Source: Nitrospinota bacterium (lineage in GTDB: Bacteria > UBA8248). Taken from it: 11,967 bases of DNA. Position 1 is the stretch's first letter, and the number at the start of each line of letters is the position of its first letter. Both the position numbers and the translations under genes were made by a program. Below, one piece after another: positions 1-6,511 of the stretch. The notes below the pieces were generated by a model. That model did not search any database and had not been told where the DNA came from. It saw only the letters and a program-made list of their open reading frames with translations. The stretch lies in contig JAYGFR010000174.1 of the NCBI GenBank assembly GCA_046581755.1, positions 1 through 11,967 of the forward strand. Reading direction: 5' to 3'.

Positions 1-1
1 C

Positions 2-120
<119 letters not shown>

Positions 121-168
121 GGGAAGACAGTCGCTGCCCCCGATAGTGATACCACTCCCTATGTTACC

Positions 169-357
169 CTAGAAGCCAATGCCGGAGGGCGGAGCGAAGC
201 CTGGAAACATTGGCTCTATCGTCTCAGGCGCCGGCGGCCTGTAGCCGAGTGCGCTGTGGGGCCTGATGCGGTTGTATTCATGCCTCCAGCGCTCCACCAG
301 CATCTTTGCTTCATCTAGCGTATCGAATTTCTCCAGATTCAAGAGTTCATCCCGTAA
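169..357 (-). pseudogene. IS3-family OrfB (DDE integrase core) C-terminal fragment
   Basis: LRDELLNLEKFDTLDEAKMLVERWRHEYNRIRPHSALGYRPPAPETIEPMFPGFAPPSGIGF*, stop at 171-169. LRDELLN...EA....E.WR..YN..RPHS.LGY.PPAP is the IS3-family integrase C-terminal signature. All of the DDE triad region is absent. Confidence 0.92.
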
Positions 358-479
358 TTCTGCTCGGATACTTCAATCTGTTTGCAGGCCTCAGGAACTG
401 TCTGTCCCTGAGAGAGCAAGACCTCGGCTTCTCTCAGCTAGCCGATAATCTGCTCAGGCGTATGACGCTTCCTCGACAT
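354..479 (-). pseudogene. IS3-family OrfA N-terminal fragment (HTH) with premature stop
   Basis: From ATG at 479: MSRKRHTPEQIIG*LREAEVLLSQGQTVPEACKQIEVSEQNY. Matches the IS407-group OrfA pattern (RKRHxPEQII.KLREAEV...G...EAC....VSEQTYYRW). TAG at 440-438 replaces the expected Lys codon AAG, and similarity breaks off after SEQ. Confidence 0.9.
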
Positions 480-783
480 GAAAAATCCCCCCGGATCGGG
501 CGGTCATGACGAAAGAGTACCGAAAATCCTCTCATTCGACATGGACCAGTTTGAGGGGGGCACGTCAGCGGGAAATCTGCCGATCAGGTGTATGTCTGAT
601 GCGCAGCCGGATAATCGCCGGCGTGGGGACCAGTAGCACCGGGATAAGAGCCCGGTGGCAAAGGATGAACCGCGCCGGGGGAGGGGGGTTTCGGGGGGTT
701 GAGGGAGTTTGAGGCGGATCGTTCGACCCTATGTTTCGCCCGGAGCGGGTTCGGGGATTCCGGATTCCGGGGGTGGATGCCGG

Positions 784-850
784 GGCGTTCCGGGTTGTTT
801 CGAGTTATTCGGGGAGGGCGGCGTTCCGGGTTGTTTGCAGATATTCGGGG
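784..850. repeat. Two-copy imperfect direct repeat (31 nt, period 36)
   Basis: GGCGTTCCGGGTTGTTTCGAGTTATTCGGGG (784-814) and GGCGTTCCGGGTTGTTTGCAGATATTCGGGG (820-850): 28/31 identical. Confidence 0.85.
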
Positions 851-860
851 TAGGGACCCC

Positions 861-1249
861 TTATCCAGGGAGGACGGCGGTTGCGTCGATCTCGACGAGC
901 ATATCCGGGTGGGCTATGCCGTCGATGATGAGGCCGGTGCTGGCGGGGGCATGTTCGCCGAAATACTCGGCGATGACAGCGTAGACGGGCTCGCGGTGGG
1001 TGCGGGCGGTGACGTAGGTGGTGAGCTTGACGACGCAGGAGAGGTCGCCGCCCGCCTCTTCGATGAGCGTTTTGATGTTCTCGCAGGCTTGGCGGGCCTG
1101 GGCGGCGGGGTCGCCGGGTACGATGGGCTCGCCCTCCAGGCCGAAGCCGGTCTGGCCGGCGAGGTAGACAGTGTTCCCGGCGATGACGATTCTCGAATAC
1201 CGGCCGGGGCGTTGGTGGCGTCGATCGGGCGCAGGCGCTTGTGGGACAC
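861..1249 (-). pseudogene. Rid (RidA/YjgF/YER057c/UK114) family protein with a 1-bp frameshift (true pseudogene or sequencing error)
   Basis: AGGAG RBS, then GTG at 1249 gives MSHKRLRPIDATNA. The frame then switches to (PG)RYSRIVIAGNTVYLAGQTGFGLEGEPIVPGDPAAQARQACENIKTLIEEAGGDLSCVVKLTTYVTARTHREPVYAVIAEYFGEHAPASTGLIIDGIAHPDMLVEIDATAVLPG*, stop at 863-861. YS, VYLAGQ, N....L...G...VVK, PAST and LVEIDA are Rid motifs. One extra G in the run 1206-1209 restores a 129-aa ORF. Confidence 0.88.
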
Positions 1250-1276
1250 GGGGGCTCTCCTTTTGCCGGTGGCGGG

Positions 1277-1669
1277 TCAGCCTTCGAACATCTCCGCCGA
1301 GGCGACCTCGATGAGATTGTTCTCGGGGTCGCGGAAGAATATCTGGGGATATCCGTAGGGCTCGTCGTGGAAGGGGACCCCGCGCTCGCGGAGGCGCTCC
1401 TTCATCCCGGGAAGGTCGTCGGTGAGAAATCCAATGTGGTGGTCCATGTAGCCGTCCTCGTTTTCGCTGATCGAACTCGTGATGTGCCCATCGCGGATCT
1501 TGGCGAGGTGGATATGGTGGCCCGACCCGGCTTCGAGCCAGTTTCCGGGAAAGGGGAACTCGGGCCGCGGCAGGTCGGGCAGGCCCAGGGTGCCGATGTA
1601 GAAATCCCGCATGGGCTTGAGGTCGCGGCAGTAGATGCTGAAATGCTGGAGGAGCTTGATACGGGACAT
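1277..1669 (-). CDS. VOC (glyoxalase/bleomycin resistance/dioxygenase) family protein, 130 aa
   Basis: Start re-called to ATG 1669 (GAGGAA RBS 6 nt upstream). LQHFSIYCRDL...FY...LGL...RP.FPFPG.WL...IHL...HIGF...QIFFRDPENNLIEV is the paired beta-alpha-beta-beta-beta VOC pattern with His/His/His/Glu metal ligands. Confidence 0.9.
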   Translation of the reverse strand: MSRIKLLQHFSIYCRDLKPMRDFYIGTLGLPDLPRPEFPFPGNWLEAGSGHHIHLAKIRDGHITSSISENEDGYMDHHIGFLTDDLPGMKERLRERGVPFHDEPYGYPQIFFRDPENNLIEVASAEMFEG

Positions 1670-1907
1670 GGTGGGTTCCTCTGCTCGTGGCGCCCGGCCG
1701 TCGGCCGCATTCGATATTCGATGGGCGGCGGAGGTTGAATTCATGGAGTATTTCATCTGATTATGGAGTCGGCGCCCGCCCGCATCAAGGACGCCCGCAT
1801 TGAGGAGAGATTTCCTCCGGGATTCGGGGATTGGGTTCCTTGTCACATCCGGGCGGTGTTCCGAGTCACTGTCCCGAAAGGGAGCGCCGATGCCCGCGCG
1901 GGCGGCG

Positions 1908-1916
1908 TGGTAGAAT
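1908..1916 (+). promoter_or_regulatory. Candidate extended -10 promoter (TGG TAGAAT)
   Basis: TGnTAGAAT lies 40 nt upstream of the GTG at 1957; no good -35 hexamer. Confidence 0.45.
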
Positions 1917-1956
1917 GAGCGGGGTTTTCGAGAACAGGCCATAGGAGAGCGTAAGC

Positions 1957-2292
1957 GTGTTCATCGTCTGGTTCAGGAGACGGCTCGGGTGGTTTCTCTA
2001 CCTGTCGGGGTTTGTCCTGCTCGGCTATGAGATTTATCTCTGGCGGCTGGACGGAATTTGGAACCGCTACCCCATGGCGCTCATGGTCGAGGCGTTCGCT
2101 CATACGGTGGCCACGGTCATGGAGAAGATTCCCGGCGCCCAGGTGCAGGGGGTCGAGATGTGGTCTCGTTTCGATATTTCGGACCTGCCCTATTATGTGG
2201 CCCGGTTTTTCAAGGTGATCCCGATATCCGGCTTTTTCCTGGTGTTCGGGTATTTTGCCATCCGGTGGCACAAATACCTGGGCCACCGGTAG
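1957..2292 (+). CDS. Hypothetical small membrane protein, 111 aa
   Basis: AGGAGAG RBS before GTG. Two aromatic-rich hydrophobic segments (LGWFLYLSGFVLLGYEIYLW; VIPISGFFLVFGYFAI) with basic termini. GC-rich third positions; fills the gap between two minus-strand genes. Confidence 0.75.
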   Translation: MFIVWFRRRLGWFLYLSGFVLLGYEIYLWRLDGIWNRYPMALMVEAFAHTVATVMEKIPGAQVQGVEMWSRFDISDLPYYVARFFKVIPISGFFLVFGYFAIRWHKYLGHR

Positions 2293-2305
2293 AGTTTCGG
2301 GCCGC

Positions 2306-2363
2306 GCACCGCCCGGGGTTTTCCGCCGAAGGGGCGGCGGAGGCCCGGATGCCGGGCGGGTGC
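2306..2363. terminator. GC-rich nested hairpin between convergent genes (possible terminator)
   Basis: Inner stem TCCGCCG/CGGCGGA (2322-2341). Outer stem GCACCGCCCGG (2306-2316) pairs with CCGGGCGGGTGC (2352-2363) with one bulge. Followed by CTTTATT; weak U-tract. Confidence 0.45.
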
Positions 2364-2365
2364 CT

Positions 2366-2773
2366 TTATTCGGGGCTGGCGCCGTCGATGAACTCCGTGC
2401 GGGAATTGATGGCGTCCACCGTGAACAGATGGCGATCCTTGGCCAATTCGGGGTTGTGAATTTTCGAGAACACTTCGAGCGCCATGCCGGCTTCGTTGCC
2501 GACCAGTTTCAGGGTGTGCATGGCTCCCGCGGCGACGTGGACCACATCGCCCGGCCCCAGCCTCCGGGTCTCGCCCTCCAGGGTGAAGTCCCACTCCCCG
2601 GCCTGGATGTAGAAAAACTCCTCTTTGTCTGGGTGGTTGTGCATTTTCGAAGGGGTGCCTCCCACCTCGGTGATGAGGTGCTGCATCTGTATGGTGTCTC
2701 CAAAAATGCGGCGGTGTGAAATGCCCGGCCGCTCGCTCGTCATGGGGAGCAGGTCCCAGTTGTAAAAGCTCAT
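2366..2773 (-). CDS. Cupin domain protein, 135 aa
   Basis: Start re-called to ATG 2773 (AAGGGG RBS). Cupin motif 1 HNHPDKEEFFYIQAG and motif 2 GPGDVVHVAAGAMH (3-His/1-Glu metal site). Confidence 0.88.
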   Translation of the reverse strand: MSFYNWDLLPMTSERPGISHRRIFGDTIQMQHLITEVGGTPSKMHNHPDKEEFFYIQAGEWDFTLEGETRRLGPGDVVHVAAGAMHTLKLVGNEAGMALEVFSKIHNPELAKDRHLFTVDAINSRTEFIDGASPE

Positions 2774-2861
2774 TTTTTCCCCTTGTTCGATCAATCATCG
2801 GGAAGCGGGTTCAGCGGCCAAAAGAGATACCGGTTGAAGGCTTGGCCAGATTTTCATCTTT

Positions 2862-3334
2862 TCACTTTTTCCGGGATAATTCCAGCCAGAATCGGTTCGC
2901 GTTCAGCGAAATGGTGCGGAGGCTATCTCGGGGTCTGAGCAGAGCGTACCCGATCTGTTTTCCGCTGGCGGTGTGGAGGGAGTAAAATTTCATGGGGGTG
3001 AAACGCCTGATCAGCACCCCCACCTTTTCCACTCCCGTCCGCCCTGAAATATAGTGGGCCGGGTTGAGGATGAAGGTTAGGGGCGAATCCTTCAGCTCCA
3101 AAAACACCCCCACCCGTTTCGTCGTGTTTTTCGATTCCAGGAGATATTCCACGAAAAAAGCGTTTGGTCCCGGAGGGTTGGATGGATTGACGGAAGCGCC
3201 TGCACCCGGATTTGATCGAATCTCTCCGGAGATCGGCCTGATTTCTTCCCTGTGCACCCCGTGGCCAGGGGGAGCGCCAGTATGAGCAAAAGGGCGCTTC
3301 GGGAAAGAATTGGAAATTTCCGCCTGCCGATCAA
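2862..3334 (-). pseudogene. Putative lipoprotein of unknown function split by a 1-bp frameshift (about 157 aa if repaired)
   Basis: GGAGGAG RBS, then TTG at 3334: MIGRRKFPILSRSALLLILALPLATG-C, a basic n-region, hydrophobic h-region and lipobox. This frame turns Trp-rich and stops at 3092, while the 2862..3257 frame looks protein-like from FVEYLLESK onward. One extra A in the run 3154-3159 joins them (..DQTLFFVEYLLESK..). Confidence 0.65.
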
Positions 3335-3568
3335 GAAAATCTCCTCCATCCCGAGATTCGGTTGAACCGCTACTGTTTCACAAAATCGTTTACAGAGAAA
3401 ACGCTGCTCGGCCAATTCATGTGTCGGGCCGGAAGCCTCTCTCGCCGGTGGAGGTAAACTGGCGGGAAAATGGCGGTTCGGCTACACTCCGTATTCGGCC
3501 GATTCTGAGAAATTTTTATTTTGCCGTGTGGAGCGGACCCGATTGCAGTCCTGAGAAGGAGATGATGA

Positions 3569-5107
3569 ATGCGACTTTCGGTTACCCCGGGCAACGGATT
3601 TGATCAGAGGACGGATGCCCTCGTGTTCCTGGTGGATGAAAATCAATGGCACGATCGGCTCAATAAGGCATTGGCCGGGGCTTTGTCTTCGCTCAAAAAT
3701 CGAAAGGTTTTCGAGGGGAAATCGGATCAGATCGCATCGGTCTCCGTCCCCCAGGGAAAGAAGGCTGTCCGGGCCGGGTTTGTGGTTTTGGTGGGCCTGG
3801 GGAAGGGCGAGGAAATGGACTCGGAGGCCGTACGAATAGCCTGTGCATCGGGAGCCCGGCGCGCCCGATCCGACGGCGCGGCCCGGATCGCAGTCTCCCT
3901 CGTCGATGTCCTCAGGGACAACCGGATGGACCCGGCGGCGGCGGGGCAATGCGCCGCCGAGGGGATCTCCCTGGGCCTCTACCGGATGGAAAAATACAAG
4001 AATAAGAAATCCGAGGCGGAAAACGATATCTCCCGAGCCGTCCTGTGCGGCGGGCGGGCGTCCCTATCGGCCCTCAGAAAAGGGGTTAGTATCGGAAGCG
4101 CCCTGGCTGCGGGAACCGCCTATGCGCGGGATCTGATCAACACCGCCAGCAACGAGAAGCGCCCTCCGGTCCTGGCGGCTGAGGCGCGGCGGATGGCTAG
4201 GCGCGAAGGTCTTCGCTGCACGGTGTTGGATCACAAACAGGCCGAAAAGCTCAAGATGGGCGCGCTGCTCGCCGTCGGGCGCGGGAGTTCCGCCCCGCCC
4301 CGCCTCGTTGCTTTCGAGTACCGCCCGCGCGGGAACAAAGCCAATCCCATCGCTTTTGTTGGCAAGGGGGTCACGTTCGACACCGGGGGCATTTCCATCA
4401 AGCCGAGCAGCGGAATGGAACTCATGACCACGGACATGAGCGGCGCGGCCGCTGTTTTCGGTGCGATGCTCTCCGTCGCGCGCCTCAAGCCGCGCGTTCC
4501 TGTCGTGGGCGTGGCCGTCATGGCCGAGAACATGGTGGATGGCGACGCCACCCGGCCCGGCGATATCGTCCGCGCCATGAGCGGGACCACCATCGAAATT
4601 CACAACACAGACGCCGAGGGGCGTCTCGTCCTCGCCGACGCGCTTCATTACACCAAGACGAAGTACAAGCCCCAATGCATGATTGACCTGGCGACGCTGA
4701 CAGGCGCATGCATGGTGGCGCTTGGAAATAAGATTACGGGGATGTACGGGACGCACGACGATCTGATCGAGCGCGTCCGGGAGTTGGGAGAGGAAACCGG
4801 CGATCGCGTCTGGCATATGCCGCTTCTACCGGAATTTGGCGAAATGATGAAGGGAAAGCTGGCGGACCTTTGCAATATTTCCGGCCAGCGGTGGGGCGGG
4901 GCAAACTCGGCCGCTGCCTTTTTGCAGCACTTCGCCGAGGGAACCCCCTGGGTCCACCTGGATATCGCGGGTCCCTCGCACACCAGCAAGAGCGAGCCCT
5001 ACCGGCCCACCGGCGGGACGGGAGTGGGTGTGCGAATCCTAGCGGGCCTGGCCATGAACTGGAAGAGACTGCCCAGGCAGAAGGGAAAAGCCTTCGGAAC
5101 GGAGTAG
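3569..5107 (+). CDS. pepA: Leucyl aminopeptidase (peptidase M17)
   Basis: Motifs VGKGVTFDTGGISIK, DMSGAA, NTDAEGRLVLAD, ATLTGA and WVHLDIAG; all M17 metal and catalytic residues present. AAGGAG RBS. Confidence 0.97.
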   Translation: MRLSVTPGNGFDQRTDALVFLVDENQWHDRLNKALAGALSSLKNRKVFEGKSDQIASVSVPQGKKAVRAGFVVLVGLGKGEEMDSEAVRIACASGARRARSDGAARIAVSLVDVLRDNRMDPAAAGQCAAEGISLGLYRMEKYKNKKSEAENDISRAVLCGGRASLSALRKGVSIGSALAAGTAYARDLINTASNEKRPPVLAAEARRMARREGLRCTVLDHKQAEKLKMGALLAVGRGSSAPPRLVAFEYRPRGNKANPIAFVGKGVTFDTGGISIKPSSGMELMTTDMSGAAAVFGAMLSVARLKPRVPVVGVAVMAENMVDGDATRPGDIVRAMSGTTIEIHNTDAEGRLVLADALHYTKTKYKPQCMIDLATLTGACMVALGNKITGMYGTHDDLIERVRELGEETGDRVWHMPLLPEFGEMMKGKLADLCNISGQRWGGANSAAAFLQHFAEGTPWVHLDIAGPSHTSKSEPYRPTGGTGVGVRILAGLAMNWKRLPRQKGKAFGTE

Positions 5108-5108
5108 G

Positions 5109-5158
5109 AAAAAAATAAGCGGGCCGTCTTCGCAGGATAAGACAGCCTGCTTTTGTTT
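5109..5158. terminator. Likely bidirectional intrinsic terminator between pepA and the convergent operon
   Basis: Stem GCGGGCCGTCTT (5119-5130) / AAGACAGCCTGC (5139-5150), flanked by an A-tract (5109-5118) and TTTTGTTT (5151-5158). Confidence 0.75.
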
Positions 5159-5187
5159 CATGGGCGCTCGCGGCGGTCTAGAACCGA

Positions 5188-5514
5188 TTAATTCACCACG
5201 TCCTTGCAGCTGATGAATTCGACTTCCTCTTCGACCGACCAGTTCGAATGCTCCACCCCGGCGGGGATATAGACGGCTTCGCCCGGTCCGAGAATTTTTT
5301 CCTCACTGTCCGCCACCTTGGAGCGCATCCGTCCCTTGAGCACGGTGATGACCTGCTCTTCGGGGTGGGAGTGGGGGTTCGCGCCGGTTTGAGGCGGATA
5401 GCGGTAGTAGCCGACCTCGACATTTTTTCCCTTGATGGTGGGGCCTTCGGCGGTGGAATGCTCTGGCGTGATGACGGTGCGGTCCATTTCGGCGAGCTTA
5501 TAGAAAGTTTGCAA
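5188..5514 (-). CDS. Cupin domain protein (HxHxxxQ type, KdgF-like motif), 108 aa
   Basis: Start re-called to TTG 5514 (TAAGGAG RBS 7 nt upstream), which removes the overlap with the upstream gene. Motif 1 PHSHPEEQVITVLKG and motif 2 GPGEAVYIPAGVEH. Confidence 0.88.
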   Translation of the reverse strand: MQTFYKLAEMDRTVITPEHSTAEGPTIKGKNVEVGYYRYPPQTGANPHSHPEEQVITVLKGRMRSKVADSEEKILGPGEAVYIPAGVEHSNWSVEEEVEFISCKDVVN

Positions 5515-5584
5515 CGTCCCTCTCCTTATTTCGGTGCTGGTAGCACCCGGCAGTGCGGGCGCCCGAGAGATAAACCGCAGACCC

Positions 5585-6505
5585 TCAGCCGGCGTCCCGC
5601 GCCGCGATTGCGGCCGCGAACGAGAGGACCCGCTCTCCATCCTTGACCATGGCGATGTCGATCATCCGCCCATTGAAGGAAACGGCTCCCGCTCCGGCCC
5701 GCTCGGCCTCGTAGTAGACCTCGATCATCTCCCGGAGGTAGGCCACCCGATCCGCATCGGGTGAGAAGACATCGTTCAGGATCTCCACCTGATTCGGGTG
5801 AATCGCCGCCTTGCCCACGTAGCCTAATTGGCGCGCGGCGATTGCGTCTTGGCGGCAGCCTTCGGAATCCTTGAAGCGGGTGAAGGGCCCGTCGGTCGGG
5901 AATGGGACCCCTGCCGCCCGCGCGTCGGCCAGCGCCTTGCTCCGCGCGTAAAAAAGGGGTCGCCCGTCCGCCGTCCACTCGCAGCCCAGGGCGTTGCTCA
6001 GGTCGCCGCCCTCGGCGCTTCCGATGCCGATTCCGACGACGCGCTTTGCCGCTTTGCAAATGTCGTAGCAGTTGTAGAGGCCCTCCGCGGTTTCAATCAG
6101 GGCGATGATGCCGATCGAATCGGCCTCGAGCCCGCGCTCATTCTCAAGGCGCGTGAGGATGGCGTCCGCCGCCCGGATATCGGCAGGCGTATCCGTCATC
6201 GCCAGCTTGATGGCGTCGAGTTCGGAGCAGACGATTACCTCGAGGTCGCCCTCGAGAAGGCCAGTCGTGACGTCGTTGACCCGGACGGTAATGACCGGCG
6301 GTCCGCCCTTGGCTGCGCGGGTCTCCTTGATGGCCTGCAGAACCATGGGCCGAGCTTTTTCCTTCATGTCGGGTGCGACCGCGTCTTCAAGATCGAAGAG
6401 GGCGGCGTCGGCGCCGGAGCTGGACGCCTTGGAGAGCATTTTTTCGTTGCTGCCGGGGGTGAACAAAAGGGATCGCAGGGGGATTGAGGCGTCCGGTCTT
6501 GGCAT
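5585..6505 (-). CDS. CitE / malyl-CoA lyase-like CoA-ester lyase (HpcH/HpaI aldolase-citrate lyase family)
   Basis: Motifs RSLLFTPG, FDLEDAV, VRVN, IETAEG, DG, GYVGKAAIHPNQV...N..FSP and C-terminal GRMID. Confidence 0.93.
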   Translation of the reverse strand: MPRPDASIPLRSLLFTPGSNEKMLSKASSSGADAALFDLEDAVAPDMKEKARPMVLQAIKETRAAKGGPPVITVRVNDVTTGLLEGDLEVIVCSELDAIKLAMTDTPADIRAADAILTRLENERGLEADSIGIIALIETAEGLYNCYDICKAAKRVVGIGIGSAEGGDLSNALGCEWTADGRPLFYARSKALADARAAGVPFPTDGPFTRFKDSEGCRQDAIAARQLGYVGKAAIHPNQVEILNDVFSPDADRVAYLREMIEVYYEAERAGAGAVSFNGRMIDIAMVKDGERVLSFAAAIAARDAG

Positions 6506-6511
6506 GTCGTT

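Larger units (their letters stand above)
134..567 (-). mobile_element. Internally deleted, non-autonomous IS3-family (IS407-like) element, about 434 bp
   Basis: Left IR on the minus strand from 567: TGACGTGCCCCCCTCAAACTGGTCCA. Right IR on the plus strand from 134: CTGCCCCCGATAGTGATACCA (tip TGAC missing). Between them lie the OrfA N-terminus and the OrfB C-terminus joined near 355-360. Confidence 0.9.

Noticed and set aside
351..362. OrfA/OrfB frame change as the IS3 programmed -1 frameshift
   Set aside because: No slippery A-run or downstream hairpin, and most of both ORFs is missing; this is a deletion junction.
438..440. In-frame TAG in OrfA as amber readthrough or recoding
   Set aside because: The element is already internally deleted, AAG>TAG is a simple point mutation, and TAG serves as a normal stop elsewhere here (e.g. 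pepA).
784..850. Mini CRISPR array
   Set aside because: Only two copies separated by 5 nt, no spacer-sized unique sequence and no cas genes in the window.
699..1738. Plus-strand ORFs 699..1358 and 1241..1738
   Set aside because: Antisense shadows of the Rid and VOC genes, typical of high-GC codon usage.
1670..1942. 91-aa N-terminal extension of the VOC ORF in the track
   Set aside because: Not domain-like; a clear RBS precedes ATG 1669 and the region is a divergent promoter spacer.
3459..3475. Sigma54-like CTGGC-N-GC element upstream of pepA
   Set aside because: GG-N10-GC spacing fits, but the -12 box is TGGC rather than TTGC and the CAC is missing; too weak in GC-rich DNA.
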